Shown in pieces: positions 48,018-61,044 of a stretch of DNA of 64,000 bases. The stretch is taken from NCBI GenBank assembly GCA_010909165.1, contig MU008166.1, positions 1,426,001-1,490,000 of the forward strand, read 5' to 3'. The stretch's first letter is position 1. Every line of letters begins with the position of its first letter. The position numbers were made by a program, and so were the translations under genes. The notes under the pieces are model-generated. The model was not told the DNA's origin. It did not search any database and saw only the letters and a list, made by a program, of their open reading frames with translations. Source of the DNA: Anthoceros angustus (lineage: Eukaryota > Plantae > Anthocerotophyta).

Positions 48018-51000
48018 TGTTTGGGCAACTAAGCTTAAATGAGTTCGTTTTGAAACAGGCCCACACTCTTTTGCTAGAAATGGTTTGGTGAAGACATGCA
48101 AGGAAATTTTTTGCTCCTTTTTGAGCGGGAGTTGTAGGACCATGTCGGGAAGGCAGAGAGGATATGCAGGAAAAGAAACGGGTCAAAACGACCCACTGGT
48201 GAGGAGAAAAGGTAACCTACATGAGTGGTAGGAGGTGTCCTACCACCGTAGGAGAAACTCCTACCATGGTAGACGAGGGTAGGAGAGATCCTACCACCGT
48301 AGGAGGATGACCGCTAGTGTTTTGATCACCTACTGTAGGAATAGCTCCTACCATGGTAGGAGAGGGTAGGAAGGTATCCTACCGCCAGAGAAACTCCTAC
48401 CGTGGTAGGAGAAAAGGAAAACGCCTACCATGGTAGGATGTCCTACCACGTAGGAGATAGGTTTCTAAGGAAGTAGCTTATGTTTTAGGGGATAGGCTTG
48501 CTATATATAGAGTCTTTTAGTGGACTAGATAAATAGGCCAAAATAGGTAATTAAGAAATTAGAGGCTAATTTTCAGTAATTAGAAATTAGAAAATAGGGA
48601 AATTGGTATTTTAGTATAAGGAATTAGGAAACTAACATCAATGGTGGGAGAGGGGCCACGTGGCACACATCCAAGGGCAGGATAGAATGGTAGTTACTTT
48701 TCTAACCCTTGGGTGACTTATAAAAGTGGTGCAGGTGCAGAGGCCACTCGAAACTTGAAGAGCCTCACGGCGAAGGCGCCGCCACACCTCAAGCCCAAGG
48801 CCCCATACAGCACGCACACACTGCTGAGGAGGAAGGAGGCGCAAGCTCAGGGAGGAGGAAAACGCGCCCAAGAGAGGAAGAAGGAGGAAGAAAAAGAGAA
48901 GAGAAGAAGGTTGGGGCGCAAAACACTTGCCAAGCTCGTGAGGGTGCCTAGGAGGGTGGAGCGTGGCAAGATTGCTAGGAAACCGTGCAGGAAGGGCTCC
49001 TAAATTGCTGTGGCAGGTGTAAGAGTCCGTGGGGGAATTTTGTTGAGCTTTCTCTTGCAGGAGAAATCGGGGTTTTGAGGGCGCCAAGGTGTAAGGGCTA
49101 TGGAAGGAGAGCAAGGGCAAGGACCTTTGGGCTGTGAGCAGGAGCAAATCGCTGAGGAGGAGAAACGTTTGCAAGGATAGGAAGCTGGCAGGTGCTGCAG
49201 GAATTGCAGGAGAGGCATCACTTTTCTTCAATTTCGTGCAAGTACTAACCAAGGAGGCCATGACCAAGCCTACCATGACCAAGGGCAAGGAGGTAGTAGC
49301 CAAGGAAGGAGCGTCCACCAAGTGAGGTGGCGCAGGAGCGGCAAGAGGTCTAAGGCGGAGGATCGGACCGGAGGTGGAAATTTGACATGCCCTTGTTTAC
49401 GTGCTATGCAGGCCAGCTATCCTCTAGAGACCTTTCGGACTTTCGACCTTGGGCAGAGGAGAATATTCAGCTAGAGTGGGTGTATGGGCGACATTGGTCT
49501 TACACCAACCTTGAATTGATAGAGAGTGTTTTGCTAATTTGCGGCAGACGGAAGAGGAATTGGCGCCTTACGGATAAACGCAGACGGATCCACGGTGTTG
49601 GACGTAAGGAGCATACGCCGGTATAGCGGGGCGGATAGCGAGGATAGCGGAATCACGTTGATGGAAGGAACGAGTGGAGGCAAGCGTGCATCAAGCGGAT
49701 CTTCCCAAGGAGCCCTTACACTTATGCAAGGGGCATGAAGGCTAAGTCTAAGAATGGTTGGCGACGGACCAAATCTTGGAGCCCAAGTGGAGATTGTTCA
49801 CAAGAATTGTTTTGGGCTTGGTGAGCAATCCAAGGGTGTCATATTTCAGCACTACCTTCCTCCATTTTCTATGGAAGATCACTCAAGGAGCCGAAGCGGT
49901 TGGGGCTCATCATGTATGAAGCATACACCTACCAGGAAAAGTTCAAACCCAACGTCGGATGAAAGGCGTCAGTGCTATCTTAGCACTTATCTAGTGCATT
50001 TGTGGGAAGTAGAGGGCTACTCACAAGTAAGGAGTTGGATGATTCCAAGCATCCCTTTAACATTGTGTACTTACACGGAGAGGGACAGGGGTGCTTGGTG
50101 CTGCAAGGAGGTGCCAGCACCACAGGACATTATTCGGAAGGAATCCCTCAGAAAGATAGGCCGGAGGATGCGGAGGACTTGCAAGGAGAAGTTGTAGGGG
50201 ATTTGAAGTTTGGACGCGGAGGATGCGGAGATGGAAGGTAGGATAGATCCTACCATGGCAGGAATCCCGCCTGCGAGGGTGGGAGGTGTTCCCACAGTGG
50301 TTTGGGACCCCTTTCGTCCTCTCATGACAAGGCCTACAGTGGCAGGAATTAGTCCTACCACGGTAGGAAGTAGTCCTACGGTGGTAGGAGCACCTCCTAC
50401 CACGGTAGGAGGGAAAGGAAGTCACGGTTTGGAAGCTCCCAAGCGGGAGATAAGAAGGCAACCGGCCCCGTTAGGTGGGCGAGCGGATGGAGTCACGGTG
50501 GGAGGGGTTGCCCCACCAAGTGATGAGCAGGGAGCTCATCATAGGGAAGCAAGGGATGTAAGATCCCATGAGCAAGGCAAAGGCCTTGAGTCTCCCGGAG
50601 GTAAGAAAGGAGACTTGGACATGTTGGAGGAGATGCTGCGCATAGGGGAGATGTTCAGCAAGGTAGATGTAGGAGCCGCCAAGAGGAGAGTTGAATTCTT
50701 GAAGACGGAGGCGGAGAAGACAAGGACCTACCAAGCAAGGGAAATTGCAGGTAGGCGAGCGGAAACCCAGCGGCAGGAGGATGTTATGAGGATGGAGGCT
50801 CAAGTGGAGCACTTGGAAAAGAGTCTTGAAACAAGGCTACAGGAGGCAAACAACTATATTCGGGAGAACAAGGCTCTTACCAAGCAATTGGCAGCTCGAG
50901 AGGAGAAGGTGGAGCAACTTGCTCACATGGTGCGCACATGGAAAAGAAGGCGGAAGACAAGCAAGTGCTGCTAATGGAGGAAAGGTCAAGGCAGAGCAAT

Positions 51001-53120
51001 CTCTGGCAAATGAGGGCAGACAAAGGCAAGTAGGCGCACATGAGCGGGTCATAGCCACACAGTGAAGATTAGTGACATGGAAAAGGAGCTGGGAGAAATC
51101 CAGGGCTGGAATTGAAGGAAGAAGAGCTGGAAGAGCGGACACATTTTGTCCAAAGATTGGAAATGGAGCGAGAAGTCCAGAACGGAGAGTGCACAACTCC
51201 CTAGGAGGATAGGGGAGTTGGAGGAAGAAATGGCAAAGGAGAAAGGCCGTCATGAGGCGGTGGTGCATATGTTGGCGGTGAGGGAGCGAGATTTGGTGAT
51301 TATGCCCTACAAGAGATTGATCCGCCAAGCAGAATGAGAGGACGGAGAATGTGGCTCTCCATGTCAAGGCGGTGAGCTGGCCTTGGGCGAGATGCTTACA
51401 AAAGCAAGTGTGAGCATGGAGTATGGCTTGAGGATTACGAAGAATTGGAGATGGCACAACAACGATTTGCAGCCCATCTTCACAACAAGGTGCTCAAGGC
51501 CACTAACGAGTTGTTGCGACTTGCTGAAAGGAGAATGTTGGGACCTCATGACGATGATAGGGAGGCCCTCATGCAAGTCCAACCGGAAGCCTTAGACTTG
51601 GAGAGTGTCCCAAGCAACAGGGGTGAAGAAACTTCGCACCAGGGAGAAGCAAGTGAAGCGGGAGAAGCTGCACAGGTGGAGAGAATCACCCCAGGAAGGG
51701 GTAAGGAAGAAGAAACGACCCCGGTAGGAACTCCTACCGTGGTAGGAGGAGTTCCTACCGTGGTAGGAGGGACTACCATGGTAGGAGGGCTGGAAGAAGC
51801 AGCGGATTCGAAGGCTGCTAGCATGGATTTGACGGCAGGGGAGGCGAGTACCTTGGCCCTTGCAGGAAAGAAGGAAGAGGGGGTTGATCTTGCAGGAATG
51901 GAGCAAGAATCACAAGGAGAAGACCAACCTCCTAACATGGGTGCAGGAGCAAGGAGCTCACTTGCTCCACAAGTGAGAGGAAGAGGAGAAGCTGAGGATG
52001 AGCCGGTGGCTAAGAGAGCCGGGCTATTTTATTGGAGGAAGGAACTCAAGATAGGCATCAAGATAAGGAAGGGATTCATAAGAAGTCCTTAAATTAGCTT
52101 GAAGACATGGGGCAAGATGCCACTTGGGAAGACTTTTCTTTAGAGGAGGAGGCATTAATGCTTGTCACCCGAGAGTGTGTTGACTAGCTAGATAGGAATG
52201 TTGGCAGAGCCATTAAGGCTCACATAGGTGAATTTGCTAGAATAGAATTTTACCCAAGATGCTTGGATGTCGAACTTAAAATCGACAATAGGATACACTA
52301 AAATAAGGAGTAAGGCGTGCGGGAGGGCGCCAGAGGCTGTATGTGAGGACCTCCCTATAAAAGGAGGGAGCTTGTGAAGTAAAATTATCGTGTCTTGCGC
52401 TCCCATCCTCCGAGTCCTTCACTTTGTGCAGAATTTCGTTGCAATAGCATGTCTGGTAGAGAGGAGAACGCGGTCGGAGTCTTTGGGTGGAGGGCTTGCT
52501 CTTTGCAGGCCCCACTGCTCCCTTGTGAATGGTTCTGTGAATTGTTTTGCTTTGAGTGTGTGGCGATGCTCAAGGAACTCTCGGCTTGAGGGTAGACTGC
52601 AGGAAAGACTCCTGGAGGTTCTCATTGTGGTGCAAACCACATAGCCGGCCCAAGGAAGAACTCGTTAATTTGACGGACCCAGGCGGTTGTGCCGTAAGGC
52701 GAGTTGGAATTAATGAGCCAGCAATTGGTGTTAGAGTAGGAGATTGTGGAGGAAGGAAGGGTAGATGAGTAGAGAAGAAGAGGCGTTGTTGATTGAGAGA
52801 GTTGTGAGGAGGATTAGAGTGTAGGAAAAGCGGAGGCCACAGTGAGCCTAAGGGACGAATCCCAAACTGCAAGTAAGAGGCGCTCCACAGTGGGAGAAGA
52901 GTGTCTTAGGAGTAGGGAAGTTGCGGTGTGGGTCGGGGGTCCGGCGTGATACACCTGTCGTAAGGCAACTGCAATTGTGTGGTGTCGTTGTAGGTTGAGG
53001 TTTGGTGAGTTCTGAGCGATCTGAGCGTCTGCTGTAGAGGGCGTGAGAGGCGCCTTGCTTGTTTAGAAGGCTGAGGTAGTGTGTAGCTGCGGTGGTGATT
53101 TCTCAAGATTGTGTTCCACA
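48018..53120 (+). mobile_element. ~5.1-kb inserted element (TGT...CCACA), probably a solo LTR of another family, with a frameshifted ORF at ~49260-52090 that has a coiled-coil C-terminal half
   Basis: Removing it rejoins the host LTR ORF (GFGPMRL|RSMVEE...DIFRLS). The TSD is partial (agt/agtct). No pol motifs were seen. The ORF pieces at 50210-50974 and 51445-52092 are E/K/R-rich. Confidence 0.7.
48235..48455. repeat. Cluster of about 7-8 copies of the 14-bp palindrome CCTACCRYGGTAGG and variants
   Basis: cctaccatggtagg, cctaccgtggtagg and cctaccaccgtagg are repeated with short spacers. The motif recurs at 50350-50410 and 51730-51790. Confidence 0.85.
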
Positions 53121-54199
53121 AGTCTCATGGGGCCGAAACCCAAGCGTGAAACGACAGTGGGATAAGTGTGGCCGCTAGAGGGGAATCTCGGGAGTGCCCC
53201 GGGGTTTTCCTCCCACAGCTCCTCCGCCTCCTCCAGCCACGGGCCGAAGTCCGGGTAGCGCTTGGTGACGATGTTGCGCTCCACCAAGCGCCATGGCTCC
53301 CACACCTCCGCCGCTTTCTTGGGTCCCATCCCCGCACTCCTTCTGTTCCGCTGTTGAGACTTGAGGCTCCACAATCTCTCGCTCCTCTGCCGCTGCGTCA
53401 GTTGCTTCCCTCGCCAAGTCAGGCCGGGAGGGTGCTGGCGTTCGAAAGACAACGCCAGAGCCGGGTGTCTAAGCGCGAGAGAGTGCGAAAATCGCCGCGA
53501 GGTTGTTTGAAAGAATGACCTCACTCGCTTCTCTCGAGTAACTGATTCTTGTGGAAGGGCGGCTCTTATTGTCAAATGGCTGTGAGGCACATGGCTTGCC
53601 TCATATACGCTTACTCGCCTTACTCTGGCCTTACTCTGGCCTTACATGCAGCCGGGAATACGCCTATAATGGCCATTGGCAACCCTACGATCCTGGTCTG
53701 CTGCATGCCCGTCTTCCACTCAGTACCGTCCATGTGGCTTCGTCTGTCTAAATCACGCCCCAACTTCTAAGTTATTTTACTTGGCGTACTTATCCCGTCC
53801 TGCTCCGGATTGTGGTCCGGACTTATCCGATACCGGTGCGGTCGAGTTCCGGGTGTGCTCCGGAGTCCTCCGCCTACTCCGAGTCCTCTCACCTACTCCA
53901 GTCCTTCAGCTACTCCGAGTCCTTGACTGCCTGAGTGCAGATCAGTACTCCAGCTTATTTTCTTCCTTTCTGCCTTATTTTCTACTCCGTACCTACGAAA
54001 AAAAACAAAACCTCACTCATTTCCTACCCCCAGGGAGAGTCCGTGGTCCACAATGCCTATTTTCAATTTTCTTTTCTTTAATATTTGAGCTATTTTCTAT
54101 TAATGATAAATACCCATTTATCAATACCTTTAAAGTAGTTAGTTGTTATATCGGTTGCAACAACCTCTAACCGTTTTGTATTATATAAACACTTGCTCT

Positions 54200-55596
54200 A
54201 TAAAGGCAAGATAATCAATGCTAAGAATCTTTTGAGCAAGCATGATTCTCATGAGCTTACGACGATTCTTGACTTTATGAGGTCATTGGGTAATGCCGAC
54301 CTTGGTTGCTCAAGTGGGGGCATTTAGTGGTGCAAGGGCTCGGTCAGCTATGGTGCATCTTTTGTCACTCGTTGACAAGAGTGCATTTGAACCCGTGCTT
54401 AAAGTACATGGCACTACTGATTTTTGGTAGAGTGGCCCTCTTGGTCACTCTGACCTATTTACCTTGATTTGTGCCTCTTAAGCAGTGTATGCATGCTCGT
54501 CACTGACTTTAGATTTGGGGCTCCATGCCTTTTGGTCTCTCTGTGCCATTTAGCTCTTGTAGGCTTGGTGTTGTTTGGACATATGACCATTTGTCCACAA
54601 TTCTCTTGTTCGTCATGAGTGGAGTCTTGGCTTGGACATATTGGCCTTGTGTGATCATTTGACCAGAACTGACTATTTTGTCATGGATGTAGACTTGGCT
54701 CAGAGCATGTGAGAATGTGGGTCCACCCACAAACAAAGTTCCTCAAGTTCTGACAATACTTGCTGGCAGACCATCCATGGCACACACTTGATGTTCAGAC
54801 ATTGTGAAGGGGGAGCTTGCAAGAGTCCTTGCCCAAGTCGCCAAGGAGGAGAGTGCTTTAGCAGCGAAGGCTCTTTACGAGGAGAACATTTTGCAGGAAT
54901 GTGTTGGAGTACAAGAGTAATTGAATCTATTTGTATATTACTAAAGCAAGAAAGTAAATCTCTTTTAGCAAGCTTGATCAATTGTCCTTGATTATCCAAT
55001 TTGATTAGAATAACTCCAATGAAATTACTAATAATATCTTTGAATTAGATCTTTAATGTGCTTCGAATGAATGTATTTTGGTTGTTTCTCCTTTTGTTGC
55101 AGCCTTGATTCTCCTCCTATTGTCTTGTCTACCAAAATTTGAAGAATCCATGTTGTGTTGACAAGAGGGGAATGCACCAATTGTGCATCCTTAATTTGTA
55201 AAATGAAGCATAATGAAGTTGCTGCCGCATGCAAGGCCTCCTTGGAGCAAATGCTCCATATAAATGATCTAGAATAGAAAATGCATAGTAGGAAAGATGT
55301 CTTAGAAGGTGGCAAGCAATATGCTCAAGAATCTAGAGCCAAAGCTCTGATACCATGATAAAAATCACGCACACACACTTGCACAAAGCTTGTTCATTCA
55401 TTGAATAATAGAAAGTACAAAATAGTGTTTTATAATGGAGGAATTAGGTGGTTGTAACCATAAGTGGTTATAACCAATATAATAACTAACTACCTAAATA
55501 ACTACCTAAGGAAATTACTTAGTGCCCTAAGCATAAAATAATGTTTAAGTAAAGGTGCCCTAGTGAATAGTGCCCTAAATCTAGTATATTTTATCA
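54200..55596 (-). mobile_element. 5' end of an LTR element (probably Ty1/copia): 241-bp LTR (55356-55596), tRNA-iMet PBS (55344-55355) and a decayed gag-like region
   Basis: TGATAAAA...TTTTATCA termini. The minus-strand TGGTATCAGAGC abuts the LTR. A related LTR-like piece in the opposite orientation starts at ~54104. Confidence 0.75.
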
Positions 55597-55744
55597 GGGA
55601 CTTGGGCCTCTCCTTTGGCCTTGGTCCCCTCTCTTGGCCTCAAGCCTTGGGACTTGGGCCTCTTCGGTGACTCTCTCTTGCTCCAATTATTGGACACACT
55701 CTGCTCTACCTTGGCTTTAGAGGGCCCCTTGTCTACTTGCCTAA

Positions 55745-56010
55745 AGAGCTAGCATTGCCTAGCATCACCTTAGCATGCCTAACATGTCCTTAGCAAGCTT
55801 AGCATGCCTAACAAGCCTAGCACACTAAGCCTAGCATCGCCTAGCACAGTTAGCACACTTAGCACACTAAGCCTAGCATCGCCTAGCACAGTTAGCACAC
55901 TTAGCACACTAGTACGCCTAACAAGCCTAGCACACCAAGCCTTGCGTGGCCTAGCATCGCCTAACTTGCCTAACAAGCTTATCAATCCTAGCACGCCTAT
56001 CTAGCGTACA
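55745..56010. repeat. Tandem array of short (c)ctagcac/ttagcac units with a ~42-bp higher-order repeat
   Basis: cactaagcctagcatcgcctagcacagttagcacacttagca occurs twice, with degenerate flanking units. Confidence 0.85.
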
Positions 56011-56219
56011 CATAAAGATTACAGCTTGTAACAATAGAAGATAGTAGCTCGCACATCGTGGCACAAACACACTCCACGAGAACAACACGCAAAGTCCTCA
56101 CACATCGTTCTCGGAGTCATAGCTTTGGCCTCCTCACAACATTCTTGCATTGCATATCAAGAGGACAAACTATGATATGAGCTTGTCCTCTGGCAAAGGG
56201 TCTATGTATACTAGCCCTT

Positions 56220-56310
56220 GGCATCGGCATATTCCTAAGATATCCTATTGGCATCAGCATATTCCTAAGATATCCTATTTGCATCAGCATATATCGAGAA
56301 TATCCTAAGA
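56220..56310. repeat. 30-bp tandem repeat, 3 copies
   Basis: Unit ggcatcagcatattcctaagatatcctatt. Confidence 0.85.
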
Positions 56311-57153
56311 ATACACTATAATATGCAAGGAATATGTTAAAGCATATTACTTGACTTATCTACTTAGCTATTGCAAACCATGTTTAATTAACACTAATCA
56401 ATCTAGAATCAGGCGCGTGTGCCTTTCCTAGAACAAAAGCGCTAGCGGAGCTGAGCTCTTGTGGGCGTTGAGAATGGAGGGGTCCAAGTGGAGAGACCGA
56501 AAAGCCTGGCCAAGCCGCTTCTCAAGTAGCTACTACGCTTGCAATCCTAGAAGCCATCAGTGCGGAAGGTCGTGAAAGAGGGGAGGTCCTGCCGCGCATC
56601 CACGGATAACATGTCCTTGACTAGCCGTAAGGATATTTGTACGGGTAAGGTTCCCTCCTCCACTTCATAAACAAGATCTTCCATAAAAGACCTATCCTAG
56701 ACGATGGACCTATCCTAGACGATGAAGCGTGAGGCCAAAGTTGGGGCGGACAGGGCCAGTTGCCCAAAAATGCCGGTAGGGAGGATACCTCTAGCCAGAC
56801 AAGACATGTGCCCCCATATGCTACAATATTAACAAAATATCGAGCACAAGATCTTATTTTTGTCTATGGTAAGTTGATTAAAATTTATAATATTATAAAT
56901 TAAGTCTAGGTAATGCATGGGTCATAAGTTACACCTACAGTTGGATAAGGTTGGGTTCGCCCGCTCACATTTTACGAATTTTTGGCATCACTAACATGGT
57001 TGAAGGATGAGTTTTCCTTGCTGGTGGTGTCTCGCAAGAGAGGATCCGGCGTGCCTCGAGGCCTCGAGGCCTCGAGGGAGGGCAGGTAGGGAGGAAGCAA
57101 ATCTTTCTTTTGCGTGGCATTTCTTTCCTTGGATGCCATGGATTGAGGCGAAG

Positions 57154-57723
57154 CTAGTATCCCCCGTAGTAGACGTAGGAAGTGAAGTTGTCGATGGCCG
57201 AGACGCCGGAGTAGGAGTAGACGGTGGATTCAGACCAGCCGCGAGCGAGGCGGAAGAGGCCCGTGCCGCCGACGATGGAGCTCTCCCGCACAGGCGAAAA
57301 AATCGGGGTGAAGCCGCGGTAGCTGATGGTGCTGCCGGGGGGGAACCCGCTGGCGTCGTTGAAGACGACGGTGAAGACGAGCTCCAGCGCGGGCTGGGCG
57401 TCGTCGTTGTTGTCCCAGACGTAGAAGCCCTTGGCCCGGCCCACGGACTGGGAGGCGGGGTCCGGGGAGATGGTGAGCAGATCGTCGAACACCACCACGC
57501 CCCCGAACAGGCTATGCCCGGAGACGTTCGCGGGCAGCCCGCCCAGTGGCGGCACCACGAAGAAGGCGCTGGGGTCCGGGATGAGCAGCCTGTCGTGCAG
57601 GAAGAAGGTGATCTCCGCGTACTGCGTCTTGCTCTTGGCCTCCGCGGGCACCGACTGGTGCAGTGCTACGAGGACTGCGAGAGCGGCCAGGGCCATGGCG
57701 GCCGGCAGATGAGCATGCGTCAT
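57154..57723 (-). CDS. DIR: Dirigent protein (secreted, intronless, 189 aa)
   Basis: Signal-peptide-like N-terminus. Dirigent motifs FFLHD, FGGVVVFDDLLT, VGRAKGFY and RESSIVGGTGLFRLARG. The ORF is intact. Confidence 0.95.
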   Translation of the reverse strand: MTHAHLPAAMALAALAVLVALHQSVPAEAKSKTQYAEITFFLHDRLLIPDPSAFFVVPPLGGLPANVSGHSLFGGVVVFDDLLTISPDPASQSVGRAKGFYVWDNNDDAQPALELVFTVVFNDASGFPPGSTISYRGFTPIFSPVRESSIVGGTGLFRLARGWSESTVYSYSGVSAIDNFTSYVYYGGY

Positions 57724-58639
57724 GGCTGCGGCTGAGGTTTCGGTTGGCTTGTGTCCATATATGTATGATCCGGATGCAGGGGCGTATTCGGGGCAGGGGG
57801 ATTTGCAGTCAGCGGGAATATTACCGCGGATGCTACGCTGGGGAAGCTTCGTGCGTGCTTCGGCGGAAGCTTCTCGGATTGGGCTCGCACGCTCTGGATC
57901 GCTAGTTTCTGGCTTGTTCTTGATGCATGCACTTGTGGGTGATGGAGAATCTGTGTCAGAATTGAGGGGTAATCACCTGCTGCTGATGCGCGCGCTTTAA
58001 TCCTGCCGAATTATGCAAGTTACACTTGTTGGGTGATGACGGGAACGTGTGTGGTTCATCAGAAATGGAGCGACTGCTGCTGCTGATGCGAGCACTTCAG
58101 TCCTGCCGAGTTATCCAGCTCACGTATTTTGTGTAAGTCCGACGGGAATCTGTTTGAGAGAGGGAGCAGCCATGCTGATGAGATGCTCGGCGCGCACTTT
58201 GATCCTGTGAGTTCCTTCATCCAGCTTTTGGCAATGACTGTGATGGGCATGCACATCCGCATTCAGCATTGTATGTATGTACACTACATACACCGCCGAT
58301 GTACAGTAAGTCTTTTTGCACACAATTCATCTCATGGAGGCAAGTACACGTTGAATACACGACGGCAGGAAAGGTCGACGGATTGCTTTGTGCCACGATT
58401 TGCAAATTCAACTGCTGGATATGTTTACCGAATTCGGAGGAGTTGATCGAGCCTTGCGTTATCTGCTGTGTCAAGCTACAGTGGTTGCAGTCGTACGGAT
58501 GGGTAGCAATCGTGAAACTAGCTTGCAGTTGGCATCGCATCGCCATGAATGCAGGAAAAGGGCGGACTGACTGCGTTCACAGAAAACTGCTCGTTCTTCA
58601 AAGAGCTGGCATGTTCCTATTGCTGTGTGAATCTTTGTG

Positions 58640-59375
58640 CACGGACTTTTTCTTGAAGAAATTTACAGGGGATTGGCATTGGAAGGAGCCAGGAACTCTT
58701 CAGCGTTGAAACGAGGCACACGAGCCTCACAAGATGGGGACTCTTGGGAATGAAGACAAAAGAGTCCATAATTCAAGAGTGCCAGATTCGTTGTCCAGGT
58801 GACTTTCAACCCACTATTCACTGAGCCTTAAAAAATTGCGCTGAGCATCGCCAGAAACCAAACCAAATACGAACCCACAGAGTTTTTGGAAGAACTTCTC
58901 CTGGCACCGGCATTGGAAGGAGGCACGATCGGCATCTACAACGTTGAAACGAGGCACACGAGCCTCACAAGATGGGGACTCTTGAGAATGAAGACAAAAG
59001 GGTCCATAATTCAAGAGTGCCAGATTCGTTGTCCACGGGACTTTCAACCCTCTATCCACAGAGCCTTAAAACATTGCCCTGATCATCGGCAGAAACCAAA
59101 TCAAACTGGATCCCACAAGAGGTTTTTGAAGAACTTTCGCTGGCGCTGGCACTGGCATTGGAAGGAAGCACTATCAGCCTCTACAACGTTGAAACGAGGC
59201 ACACGAGCCTCACAAGATGAGGACTCTTGGGAAATTTTGGACGCTTGGGGAGTCCATAATTTTAAGAGTGGCAGATTCTGGGACGAATTCGTTGTACGCG
59301 TGCAGGTGACACTCTGACCTTCTATCTGTTGAGCTCCGCGCATATGCAGAAACCAAACCAAATCGGAATCTTTAG
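58640..59375. repeat. Tandem repeat, about 3 copies of a 234-245-bp unit
   Basis: ggcattggaagg...cgttgaaacgaggcacacgagcctcacaagatg(g/a)ggactcttg starts at 58675, 58909 and 59154. Confidence 0.92.
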
Positions 59376-59763
59376 AGGTTTGTGTAAGGTTATTATATGG
59401 GAGCCAGATACTGAGGGCTTCCCAGCAGTTGAGAAGACTGCGATGCTCCCCACACAGGACCAGGCCTAGTGTCGGGAACTTATTGTGCTACATCACTCAA
59501 TGGGAGTTAAAAAATCGTTCTACACCTTCAGGACTTCGGTATCTCGTTGCTTCCCGCTTACGAACAAGCTTGCGCGAAGTGCCCGATCCTACCTAGCTGT
59601 ACACCAGACTCTGCAGCAGCTTGAACAGATGTCATCCCGTGTTCCCTCTCCTCCACAAAATTCTCCCAGACAAGCCCCGTGCAGGGCTGCAGAATTATTC
59701 CAATCTGGACCCTGCAAATTCCAGTCCTTGCAGCCCGGCACAGAGCCAGCATGTTGGGCCGAT

Positions 59764-61044
<1,281 letters not shown>

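Larger units (their letters stand above)
44167..54052 (-). mobile_element. Solo LTR (~4.8 kb net) of a family related to the 12717-26883 element, split by the 48018-53120 insertion
   Basis: On the minus strand it starts TGTGGACCACGGAC (54052) and ends GAAAGTCGCCAGCA (44167). It encodes MGPKKAAEVWEPWRLVERNIVTKRYPDFGP, NKEVRSKN and GPLATC, matching the ORF in the gypsy LTRs. Confidence 0.82.
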
